Shown: one piece after another, positions 1 through 8,324 of the stretch
How the letters are laid out: every line of letters begins with the position of its first letter
Position numbering within the stretch: position 1 is the first letter of the stretch
IMG/VR virus record: IMGVR_UViG_3300042507_005553
Coordinates: 1-53,703 of that record
Source of the DNA: a virus
Taxonomy: Duplodnaviria > Caudoviricetes
Strand: one strand, 5' to 3'
DNA: 53,703 nucleotides
Notes under the pieces: model-generated
What the model was told of the DNA's origin: nothing
Database searches by the model: none
What the model saw: only the letters and a program-made list of their open reading frames with translations
Program-made: the position numbers and the translations under genes

Positions 1-309
1 CCCATATAATATTTCTCCGGTTTCATTATCAAATATAGATGTAATTAATCCTCTATCTTGTAAAGATTCTAGACAACATTCTATAATTACTAAATTAATA
101 ATCTCACTAAATTCATTTTCCTGAATTGTTGGTGAATTATATTTATCCATTAATTCTAATGATTTTAATGTTATTCTAAATTCAAATAATTCTTTAAATT
201 TTTCCTCATCTATTTCATGTTCTTTACAAATATCTTTAAAAATATTATCTTCATCCATTCTAGATATAAAATATTTTACATATTCATCTATAGTTTCTAA
301 TCTATCCAT
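1..309 (-). CDS. hypothetical protein (3' end truncated by window edge)
   Basis: ATG at 309 (MDRLETIDEYVKYF...), open to position 1; read by hand, not in the ORF track. Confidence 0.6.
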   Translation of the reverse strand, partial: MDRLETIDEYVKYFISRMDEDNIFKDICKEHEIDEEKFKELFEFRITLKSLELMDKYNSPTIQENEFSEIINLVIIECCLESLQDRGLITSIFDNETGEILYG

Positions 310-322
310 AATCTTTATTTTA

Positions 323-652
323 TTAAATATAATAATCTTCTTTTAATTTCCCATTTTTCATATCTCTATTTTTAAGTTTTAATTTTTTATCTAAATCTCT
401 ACTAATATATAATATTGTATTACTATTTGTTGAAATTGCTAAATTATTAGTACGATGAAAATAAATAGGTCCTTGATAATTAGTGCATATTTCTTCTCCA
501 TTAACCCAGTGGGTAATTCTTCTATCACCATCAAAACTTCTAAAATCTTCACAAGTTACTCTAAACCATTGATTATTTATTAATACTTCTAATACTGATG
601 AAGTATTGAAATCATAAATACTTTTATTTGTCCAACCTTTTTTTTCTGACAT
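323..652 (-). CDS. hypothetical protein
   Basis: 109 aa ORF, abuts neighbours in operon-like packing. Confidence 0.65.
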   Translation of the reverse strand: MSEKKGWTNKSIYDFNTSSVLEVLINNQWFRVTCEDFRSFDGDRRITHWVNGEEICTNYQGPIYFHRTNNLAISTNSNTILYISRDLDKKLKLKNRDMKNGKLKEDYYI

Positions 653-942
653 TATATTATATTTAATGCTTTAGCTCTTTGATATGAAATTATTTTATTA
701 TTTTCTTCATTAATAAATTTTCGTTTAGTTAATGGTAATTTTTCTTGATCTTGTTCAAATGTGGTTGGAATTTTTTTATAAAACGTTTCTGTTTTTATCG
801 GTCCGTTAGAATTTTTAGTTAAATCAAACGTCCAAATTGAATAATCTCCATTTTCATCATCAAATCTTCTAGTAAATTTAGACGCGATGATATTACTTTC
901 ATGTGATGGTCTACCTCTTTTTGGTTGCTGTATATTGCTCAT
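652..942 (-). CDS. hypothetical protein with N-terminal AT-hook
   Basis: PKRGRP motif at the N-terminus. Confidence 0.65.
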   Translation of the reverse strand: MSNIQQPKRGRPSHESNIIASKFTRRFDDENGDYSIWTFDLTKNSNGPIKTETFYKKIPTTFEQDQEKLPLTKRKFINEENNKIISYQRAKALNII

Positions 943-1132
943 ATGCTATTTTTTCAAGATTTTTATAAATTTCTTCATTGCTATCAATTGCTACTCTATT
1001 TCTTTCCTTCATAATAACTTCTATATTTTCTTTATCTGAAAGAAGATCTTCGGTAATTATTGAAAAATAATTTTCTCCTCTATATGTAAAGTCTACTCTA
1101 TAAACTTTTTGAACTAATTGTGTTGTTTCCAT
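911..1132 (-). CDS. hypothetical protein
   Basis: 73 aa ORF, tightly packed. Confidence 0.55.
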   Translation of the reverse strand: METTQLVQKVYRVDFTYRGENYFSIITEDLLSDKENIEVIMKERNRVAIDSNEEIYKNLEKIAYEQYTATKKR

Positions 1133-1133
1133 T

Positions 1134-1562
1134 TTATTTTAATTTACATTCTTTAATATGTTTACATTCTTTTGTAAAGGAACGATAATATCCAGGACAA
1201 GTACATTTAAACTGATTACCTGTTTTTCTAACAAAATATTTAGTAACACTATCAGATCCTATAAATTCCCATTGTTCTTTTTCAATAATTACCTTATCTG
1301 ATTTTGGTTTAGACCAAATAATATCAGAAATCTCAGTATTAGGATGAACAGGTTGCCAATTAGGAATAATATATTTTTGGTCTTTTACTTTAAGTAATTG
1401 AGGTGCTATTATTGATTCTACCTCATAGAAAAAACGTTTAATATATGATAATGATATTTCTTGTTTTTTAGGTTGTAAAGTTAAAGGACCTTCTGAATAT
1501 ATTATCTGGTTAACTTCACTACTAAACATGTCGTATTTTATTATGCAATCGTATAAAGCCAT
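1134..1562 (-). CDS. SWIM zinc-finger protein
   Basis: C-terminal CTCPGYY...ECKHI (CxC-xn-CxH). Confidence 0.75.
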   Translation of the reverse strand: MALYDCIIKYDMFSSEVNQIIYSEGPLTLQPKKQEISLSYIKRFFYEVESIIAPQLLKVKDQKYIIPNWQPVHPNTEISDIIWSKPKSDKVIIEKEQWEFIGSDSVTKYFVRKTGNQFKCTCPGYYRSFTKECKHIKECKLK

Positions 1563-1563
1563 A

Positions 1564-1809
1564 TTATTTAGATAATTCTTGTGTTGAAAATATTCTTAAA
1601 CCTAATTTTTGATTATATATAAATCTAGTAGTTGATTTACCATTTTCAAAAACTTCAGCCCAAAGTTCACCATCAATTTTTTTCTTAGAAGCACACTTGT
1701 GTTTAAATGTACTTAAAACATACTTATTTAATTGTTTAACTTCGTTCGCTGAATTAACAGTATAAAATTCAACTGAACCTTCGTAGTATTTAATTGTTGT
1801 TTGTGTCAT
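1564..1809 (-). CDS. hypothetical protein
   Basis: 81 aa ORF with AAAGGTTATG start context. Confidence 0.6.
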   Translation of the reverse strand: MTQTTIKYYEGSVEFYTVNSANEVKQLNKYVLSTFKHKCASKKKIDGELWAEVFENGKSTTRFIYNQKLGLRIFSTQELSK

Positions 1810-1814
1810 AACCT

Positions 1815-2291
1815 TTATTTATTTATTATATTTAAAATAGAATCTTTAACATAAGATACTAGTAGATTTTTAATATTACTATCTACTATATTAAATTGAA
1901 GAAGCTCAGATGGAATTTCTTGATGGTTATGATGAGAATATAATACTTTTAAATGTTTAATTTCTTTAGTTTTTATATTAAATGTAAAGTCAAATGCGTA
2001 CTTAAAAGTTAAATATATATGGTCTGGAAGGGGGGATGTTGGTAACATCCATTCAGCAGATTTTATTGGTTTTTTATTAGTATTTACTGTTGAAAATATA
2101 TGAGTATAACACAAAACATCTCCATTTTTTCTTTTTTGGTACGTAGCCCAATTAATGTGAGTTTTGACAATTTTTAAATTTAAACTATTACTAGTATGTT
2201 CAACAATATTTAAAAATTCTTTAGGGGATAAATATCCCATTTTAGTAATCTCATTTTCAATAATTTCGATGTTTTCTTTTGTTTGTGTCAT
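1815..2291 (-). CDS. hypothetical early protein
   Basis: 158 aa ORF directly downstream of early promoter repeat. Confidence 0.65.
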   Translation of the reverse strand: MTQTKENIEIIENEITKMGYLSPKEFLNIVEHTSNSLNLKIVKTHINWATYQKRKNGDVLCYTHIFSTVNTNKKPIKSAEWMLPTSPLPDHIYLTFKYAFDFTFNIKTKEIKHLKVLYSHHNHQEIPSELLQFNIVDSNIKNLLVSYVKDSILNIINK

Positions 2292-2315
2292 AACCTTTAT
2301 TTATTTATTTATTTA

Positions 2316-2380
2316 TTATACATCAATATACGAACATCGTTTTGCTTCGCCAACCTTTTCATATGACGCTGTTGTGACGT
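2316..2380 (-). promoter_or_regulatory. phage early promoter repeat (copy 1 of 15)
   Basis: minus strand CGTCACAACAGCGTCATATGAAAAGGTTGGCGAAGCAAAACGATGTTCGTATATTGATGTATAA; near-identical to 18800-18863. Confidence 0.8.
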
Positions 2381-2396
2381 CTTTATATGATAATTA

Positions 2397-2744
2397 TTAT
2401 TTTTTTACTACTTTGAATAGTGCCCTCTCTATATTATATCCATTATTAATAAAGTGTTTTAAACTATCTACATTACAATGAGCATATATTGTTTTTGAAG
2501 AATCTTTGATTTTCGAATCTCTATAATTCCATAACATCTTATAAATCCCCATTCCCCTATATTCTTTTTTAACGTAAGCATGACATAAGTAAAAACATGT
2601 AGGGTGTTCTACATAAGATACTATTCCTACTAGTTCATCTTGAATAAAACATCCATAATAAGTAGCAGTAAGATCTAATAAGTCTGGTTTAATACTCCCC
2701 AATGATCTCTCTATTTCAATATATGATACATTTTTAATTTCCAT
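2397..2744 (-). CDS. GNAT family acetyltransferase
   Basis: YVKKEYRGMGIYKML acetyl-CoA motif A; HFINNGY motif B. Confidence 0.8.
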   Translation of the reverse strand: MEIKNVSYIEIERSLGSIKPDLLDLTATYYGCFIQDELVGIVSYVEHPTCFYLCHAYVKKEYRGMGIYKMLWNYRDSKIKDSSKTIYAHCNVDSLKHFINNGYNIERALFKVVKK

Positions 2745-3055
2745 AATTATTGATTTGTAATATTATATATCTTCATCTTCACTATTAATAATACTTTCTA
2801 ACATAATAATTTATATATCTTAATTTTTCTTGATAAATTTTAAGAATTTTCATGTTAAACCCGTTGATTTTATTGATATTTAGATATGGTTGCATATATA
2901 TAACCGTTATAAAACATTAAAACGATTTTATAACAAAAGATATATGAAATGGGAGGTGGGAGTCGAACCCACTATCTCCACTACTCACACTTATACCATA
3001 GTTCTCCTGAGGAATCGAACCTCCTTGATGCTCCCACTTCATATATCTTCAACCG

Positions 3056-3292
3056 TTATAAGTCAGTTTGCTCTTTTATCGTTTTTAAGCAATACCAACA
3101 GTAATTAGTTTTAGTTTCGATTTCCCCATGAACATTATCACATGAGCAAACCGAACTTATAACAGGGGGTATAAGAAATAATTTTACTACCTTTTCTGCT
3201 ATATCATCAATGTTACTCAATCCAATAACATACCTATCTTTCTCCATCTCCCAAGCATTGTCTTTTAATATTTGCTTTATTTCTTCTTTCAT
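3056..3292 (-). CDS. cassette-junction fusion protein, Cys-rich C-terminus
   Basis: starts in loop of site 3160-3354, crosses GTTA box (PPVISS), stop TAA lies in the minus-strand TAAC box at 3055-3058. Confidence 0.6.
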   Translation of the reverse strand: MKEEIKQILKDNAWEMEKDRYVIGLSNIDDIAEKVVKLFLIPPVISSVCSCDNVHGEIETKTNYCWYCLKTIKEQTDL

Positions 3293-3365
3293 ACTTTTAA
3301 ATTTGTTTAGTGCTATTAATCCGTAAAATTACTTCTCATACCCCCGATACGTTATAAATAATGTT

Positions 3366-3478
3366 TGTTCTTGACAAGGACTCGAACCTTATAATCCACC
3401 TCTTTCGGAAGTTTCACCGCAATCAAATCGGATATAGGACTTACTCACTGCCTGTGTTTACCGTTTCACCACAAGAAC
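3366..3478 (-). ncRNA. tRNA-like RNA carried as cassette cargo
   Basis: acceptor GTTCTTG/CAAGAAC-A, D-arm GGTGAAACGGTAAACAC, T-arm AAGG-TTCGAGT-CCTT, ~60 nt non-canonical middle. Confidence 0.55.
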
Positions 3479-3576
3479 AAACACATATTTATAACAACAA
3501 ATATAAGAAATAAATTTTTAAATAAAAAATTTTAAAGGTAAAATTTACTTCTCATATTTGCAACCGTTAGTGGCAA

Positions 3577-3897
3577 TTATCGGAACGACACCTCTTCGTA
3601 ATAACATTTGGTTATATTTTGAAGACTATTCCACCTATTAAAGTGCTTTTCAATGTGTTCATCTGCAATCCATTTCATTCCAAATTTATCTGTTTCAAAT
3701 TGCTTGTAATGGTCTTTCCATTTTTTCAGCATCTTATTAAACTTGGTGCAGTATTTGGTTGCAGTTGATTTTTTATTGGTAACAAAAACCACAGCACTAT
3801 AATAGTCATCATACGAGCCGCCATAATATCTAACCAAATAATAACTGCCACTAACACGGGTTTGGCAAAATGGCTGTTCAGTAATTCTATCAATCAT
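3577..3897 (-). CDS. cassette-junction fusion protein
   Basis: starts in loop of site 3852-3971; QPFCQTRVSGS is encoded by the stem arm and GTTAGTGGC box. Confidence 0.65.
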   Translation of the reverse strand: MIDRITEQPFCQTRVSGSYYLVRYYGGSYDDYYSAVVFVTNKKSTATKYCTKFNKMLKKWKDHYKQFETDKFGMKWIADEHIEKHFNRWNSLQNITKCYYEEVSFR

Positions 3898-4046
3898 TCG
3901 TTTTTAATTTTAAAGTTTTGTAATTCTATTTAAGTTCCGGTTCAGCCACTTCGCCAAGCCCGAAAACGTTATATGCAATACTACGTTTGTGCTTCGTATT
4001 ATGTTTTGTGGTTATAATCTTTTTGTTTTATTTTTCCCAACTTAAA

Positions 4047-4334
4047 TTAAATACTATAATACACATCATCAAAATTATTAGAATTAGCAATAATTGAGTT
4101 CCATAATTGATAGTAATAAGTATCCTCATTGTTCTGCGTTAATTCTGTATATTTTGCTTGTAGTTTGCCATAAAAAGTAAAACAAACATTAATCTCAGGG
4201 TATTTGTTTTTTACTTTTTTATTTATTTTATTTAATTGTGCTTGTGTAACTTTAAATGAAGATTCATTCTGTTCATTCAAATATTCACGTATAGTAGTTG
4301 CTATAAATTTTCGTAGTTTCATATCTTTCTCCAT
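4047..4334 (-). CDS. cassette protein with KFIATTIREYLNE leader
   Basis: N-terminus shared with 6765-7184; ATATTTATA motif upstream. Confidence 0.65.
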   Translation of the reverse strand: MEKDMKLRKFIATTIREYLNEQNESSFKVTQAQLNKINKKVKNKYPEINVCFTFYGKLQAKYTELTQNNEDTYYYQLWNSIIANSNNFDDVYYSI

Positions 4335-4542
4335 ATATTTTGCTTTATATATAAATATTCAATTTTTAATTTTCCACCCACAAAAAATAAAACAAAAAGG
4401 TTCAGTTCTTCGTAGGTAGTTTAGTGGTTAATTTCCGCACTGCATATAACAAGGTGTATAAGAAAGTTTGCCATCAATAGTTTCGGTAATTTGAAAGTTT
4501 CTACAAGCAAACCTTCTCATACACCCAACCGTTAGTGGCAAG

Positions 4543-5025
4543 TTAACATACGTTACAAATAAACTGACCACTTTCTAATTCTATATGTTTACAACCTTTT
4601 TGATTTTTTAATTCATCAAGCCATAAATCCCAATTATTTGAAATTAGATTTATAAAATTATCTGTAGAACCTCTTTCTTTGTATCGTTTTAAATATTCTT
4701 CTTTCAGTTCTTTTTTAGGGTAAACTAATATAAATTCTAATCCGTTTTTAACTAAAGCATCTCTTACCTCTTTATGGCTTGATATAAAAATTCTTGAGTA
4801 ACCTTCTGCTATTTTTTCTTTAATATGTTGAATATAATTTTGCGGAAAATTAGATTTATCAAATTTACTACTATCACTATCAGTTGCGAATCCTTGTGGT
4901 ACATATTGAGACCAATCACCATTAGAACAGTAATATGATTTACCAGTACCAGGGAAACCAGCCACTAACAGGTGTTTGGCAATATTGCCTTTTTCGTCTT
5001 CTAAAAACTCTTTTTCTTTATTCAT
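4543..5025 (-). CDS. P-loop nucleotide kinase-like protein (junction fusion)
   Basis: Walker A GFPGTGKS, DSDSS, KERG; N-terminus encoded in site 4966-5085. Confidence 0.7.
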   Translation of the reverse strand: MNKEKEFLEDEKGNIAKHLLVAGFPGTGKSYYCSNGDWSQYVPQGFATDSDSSKFDKSNFPQNYIQHIKEKIAEGYSRIFISSHKEVRDALVKNGLEFILVYPKKELKEEYLKRYKERGSTDNFINLISNNWDLWLDELKNQKGCKHIELESGQFICNVC

Positions 5026-5082
5026 TATATTTGTGTTATCAATTAATATTTGTGAGGGGCAACATCGCCAAGCACCAAAACG

Positions 5083-5391
5083 TTAGCAAACATTTAACTC
5101 ACGTACTATCTTCATTCTCTGTGCCAATACCCAAGTTCCACCCTGCGATTCGGGTCTATCATAAAGTTCAGTATCTTCTACTTCAACTTCCACCCAAATT
5201 CTGTCTTTAGTTGAAAGATGTGGGGCAATAGGTTTTAATGTGCAATGCCAACCCTTCCTAAAAGCGAAACCTTTAGTTGGATGCGATTCTGCTTCTATCC
5301 ATTTACCAATCGGTATCCTACTTTTCTTATTTATAAATAATGGAGATAAACTACCATCTTTTAACTTTCTAATTAGTTTATATGCTATCAT
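5083..5391 (-). CDS. hypothetical cassette protein
   Basis: fills the cassette GTTAGCAAAC...GTTTGCTAAC; stop in TAAC box. Confidence 0.7.
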   Translation of the reverse strand: MIAYKLIRKLKDGSLSPLFINKKSRIPIGKWIEAESHPTKGFAFRKGWHCTLKPIAPHLSTKDRIWVEVEVEDTELYDRPESQGGTWVLAQRMKIVRELNVC

Positions 5392-5504
5392 TTAAAACGT
5401 TTGCTAACAAGCAATATATGTAATTGCCTATTAAGGTTTATACTAATTTTTAAGTTCGTGCAAGGCAACTACATATATTGCCAGTCGTTATAAGCAAATA
5501 AAAA

Positions 5505-5744
5505 TTACTCGCTTTTCGTTTCATCAACAACTTTTTGGTTTCTAATTTCGCCTTCCAACTCCATCATTTCCATAAAGCAATCTCTTAAATGCGAGTGCAT
5601 CCTACCTAACTCAAATCCGTAAACAACATCGTCTTTTTCAGAGTTGCATAACTCTCTAACTAAATCAGCATTTAATTCAAACATTCTTTTGTAATGCTCA
5701 ATTTGTTCTAATTGTTCTTGTGTAATCAAATATTTTCGTTCCAT
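5505..5744 (-). CDS. hypothetical cassette protein
   Basis: 79 aa ORF filling cassette 5487-5770. Confidence 0.65.
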   Translation of the reverse strand: MERKYLITQEQLEQIEHYKRMFELNADLVRELCNSEKDDVVYGFELGRMHSHLRDCFMEMMELEGEIRNQKVVDETKSE

Positions 5745-5852
5745 AATCCGTAATTTTTACAGCTTATAACAGCGTATATGTGCAATACGCTAATAAGCAT
5801 TTGTTGTTAATTTAAAGTTTCGTTCTTGCATACTGCACATATACGCAAAACG

Positions 5853-6368
5853 TTAGGTGCAAGTTTTATTTAAAATTCCCACCGCACCCTTAACATCATC
5901 ATTCGTCAATCCGATTTCACTATTGGTTCTTATAAAATTGTCTTTATGTTCCAATAACATATCACAATCATCATCCAATATCACATAGGTAAAATCCTTG
6001 CCTAATTTCTTTCGTTCCCAATTTTTACCATTATCTGAATGAATATGAGTGTCAACCCATTGTTTTATCTCTACACCTCTTGGGATTGATAAGTGTATTC
6101 CTGTTCCACGTTCAAGCCATTGGTATGCTCTAATTGTAACACCAATCAATTTATCGTTAAACAAAAAACCTTCATTTTCCATGTGTTCTTTCGTTTTTTC
6201 TAAAGTCGCATACCTCCATGAAGAAGATAAAACAATTTTAGCATCCGTTTGGGCAAGTATTTCACCTAACAGCTTTTGTTTTTCGGGGTTTAAAGCCCAT
6301 TGTCCATCTTTCAAATATTCGGGAGTTGCTAAAACTCCATCAATATCTAAGAATATAATTTTTTCCAT
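5853..6368 (-). CDS. HAD-superfamily protein (Swiss-Army-Knife RNA repair-like HAD type)
   Basis: IFLDIDGVL, IVLSSSWR, RGVEIKQW, YVILDDD motifs. Confidence 0.8.
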   Translation of the reverse strand: MEKIIFLDIDGVLATPEYLKDGQWALNPEKQKLLGEILAQTDAKIVLSSSWRYATLEKTKEHMENEGFLFNDKLIGVTIRAYQWLERGTGIHLSIPRGVEIKQWVDTHIHSDNGKNWERKKLGKDFTYVILDDDCDMLLEHKDNFIRTNSEIGLTNDDVKGAVGILNKTCT

Positions 6369-6464
6369 CTCTCAAATTTTAAATAAAACCAGACACCTAA
6401 CAGCGTATAAAAAACATTAAAACGATTTTTTATACGCAAAACGTTATAAGTAATAAAACAAAAA

Positions 6465-6710
6465 TTATGAATTTATTAGCTCAATTTCTTCTCTGATACA
6501 AGGTAAAATTCTACCATCATCAAGTTTTATCATAATCTTTTCAAATTCACTACCATCTAAACATTTCTGATTATCAATGGAAAGAATTTTACCTTCCAAG
6601 AAATTCCTTTCGTTAGTTATACTTAAACCAACAGTTGTTTTTATTCTATCTTCTTTTTTCATATTGTATAATTTTTGTTTTACATAGTTATAACAAATGA
6701 TAAACAACAT
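6465..6710 (-). CDS. hypothetical cassette protein (start may be MKKEDR at ~6662)
   Basis: fills cassette 6443-6694. Confidence 0.55.
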   Translation of the reverse strand: MLFIICYNYVKQKLYNMKKEDRIKTTVGLSITNERNFLEGKILSIDNQKCLDGSEFEKIMIKLDDGRILPCIREEIELINS

Positions 6711-6764
6711 TAAAACGATTGTTTATCATCGGACGTTAGCACCAATACTACGAAAGTGCTTCGA

Positions 6765-7184
6765 TTAAGCATTTAATGGTTCATCAAAGATTACATTCCA
6801 ACTATCTAATGGTTGCCAACCGCCACCCATAGTCATTACTTCTAAATCTGATGATGGTACATTCTTGAACGTAATATATTCATCACCTTTATTATTCACT
6901 ATTCTTGGTGATAGTTGATAATCATCAGTCAATTTTGTTCTCAAAATACACATTTTACTAATTCCAGCCTTTGATTTTGCATAGTATTTAGCATAATCTA
7001 AATCATTTGTGAAACTAATTGATGGTTGCTCTTCACCAGTTCTATTTGGTTTCATATATCCATCGTTCTGTATATTCATTGCTTGTCCTTTACCAGTTCC
7101 GTGATAAATATAACCATCATTTTTTACTTGTTCGTTTAAGTATTCTTTGATGGTTGTCGCTATAAATTTCTTCAAATCTTTCAT
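6765..7184 (-). CDS. putative ADP-ribosyltransferase-fold protein with KFIATTIKEYLNE leader
   Basis: YIYHGT...ISFTNDLDYAKYYA...DEY pattern resembles ART-fold strands. Confidence 0.5.
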   Translation of the reverse strand: MKDLKKFIATTIKEYLNEQVKNDGYIYHGTGKGQAMNIQNDGYMKPNRTGEEQPSISFTNDLDYAKYYAKSKAGISKMCILRTKLTDDYQLSPRIVNNKGDEYITFKNVPSSDLEVMTMGGGWQPLDSWNVIFDEPLNA

Positions 7185-7343
7185 AGTTTTCTTTTATATA
7201 TAAATATTACAAATTTAAATTTCTACCAAATAAACCGTACTGGTGCTAACAAGGTGTATAAGAAAGTTTGCTATTAGCAGTTGTGGTAATTTGAAAGTTC
7301 AACTAAGCAAACCTTCTCATACACCCAACCGTTAGCAGTAATG

Positions 7344-7688
7344 CTAAGAAACCAGCTCAACCTCATCATCCGAAAAGAAAGAAAGTATTAAATTTGACAG
7401 AGCATGTGCCTTTTTGAAATCTCTATCATATCTACTATAAAACTCGACAATAACGAAATTTTCACCTCTACCACGAATAAACGCTTTATCATTATTAGCC
7501 GTTGGTAAAAGTTCAAATTTTTCTTCTTTAAGATTTTCATACCAATACAATCCAGTTCTTTCAGACTCTTGCATATCATATTCAGTAGGAATGTTTCCTT
7601 TTCTAAAAGCTACACAAGCTAAATTCATTACAGCTTTTAAAGTTTCTTCATAATGCTCTTGGTTGCGACCCTTAATTTTAATTAACAT
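7344..7688 (-). CDS. hypothetical protein, promoter-proximal gene of array 1
   Basis: 114 aa ORF between early promoter and first hairpin site. Confidence 0.65.
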   Translation of the reverse strand: MLIKIKGRNQEHYEETLKAVMNLACVAFRKGNIPTEYDMQESERTGLYWYENLKEEKFELLPTANNDKAFIRGRGENFVIVEFYSRYDRDFKKAHALSNLILSFFSDDEVELVS

Positions 7689-7714
7689 CTTTTGTCATTT
7701 TTAATTGGTTTTTA

Positions 7715-7778
7715 TTATACGTCAATATACGAACCCTGTTCCGATTCGCCAAATTTTTCATATGACGCTGTTGTGACG
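7715..7778 (-). promoter_or_regulatory. phage early promoter repeat driving array 1
   Basis: matches repeat consensus. Confidence 0.8.
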
Positions 7779-7780
7779 CT

Positions 7781-8050
7781 TTATAAAAAATCAATAACAC
7801 GTTGCTCTTTATCTAATATTTTAATTATATTAAATTCAATATCCATTTCATTAAATAAAGAATATCCAGTAGAATGTAAATATATTTGAAAAGCATGTGA
7901 AAATAAATTTATATCTAATGGTGGTTTTGTAGTTTTTTGTAGGTAAATTTCATAAAAAAAATCTATATGAATCATATTATTTTTCCTCATTTTAATATAA
8001 TCTATTCTCATTTCTTCTTTATTTTGATATTTCATTTTGTATTTGTTCAA
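7781..8050 (-). CDS. hypothetical protein
   Basis: ORF in operon. Confidence 0.55.
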   Translation of the reverse strand: MNKYKMKYQNKEEMRIDYIKMRKNNMIHIDFFYEIYLQKTTKPPLDINLFSHAFQIYLHSTGYSLFNEMDIEFNIIKILDKEQRVIDFL

Positions 8051-8321
8051 TTATTTCTTTAGTTAGTATTTCTCCTGATAATAAAGCAAATCTATTAATA
8101 TTAAAAGTCGGCTCTATTATTATTTGTGTAAGGACTGAATGTTTTATTGGGATAGTTGGATTAATAATTTCATTTACTCTAATCCCTATTCTTCCATTAG
8201 TGTGTCTTTGAGAAGTCCTTAATGAATATATTTTATCCTTAATAGGGTAATTAACTCCATACTCTTCCCAAAACTTAAGAGTCTCTAATGGATAAATATC
8301 ATTAATACAAATTAAATCCAT
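8019..8321 (-). CDS. hypothetical protein
   Basis: 100 aa ORF in operon. Confidence 0.6.
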   Translation of the reverse strand: MDLICINDIYPLETLKFWEEYGVNYPIKDKIYSLRTSQRHTNGRIGIRVNEIINPTIPIKHSVLTQIIIEPTFNINRFALLSGEILTKEIIEQIQNEISK

Positions 8322-8324
8322 AAT

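Larger units (their letters stand above)
2906..7334. mobile_element. integron-like cassette array 1 (11 attC-like hairpin sites, no integrase)
   Basis: TAAC-(1-2 nt)-stem-loop-stem-(5-6 nt)-GTTA sites at 2931-3058, 3160-3354, 3492-3569, 3852-3971, 4447-4534, 4966-5085, 5405-5490, 5767-5855, 6398-6446, 6691-6738, 7247-7334; each intervening GTTA...TAAC segment has its own terminal inverted repeats. Confidence 0.8.

Noticed and set aside
2906-7334. CRISPR array interpretation of the repeats
   Set aside because: Repeats are divergent hairpins of variable length separated by 29-550 bp segments, mostly with ORFs; no constant repeat/spacer period and no cas operon.
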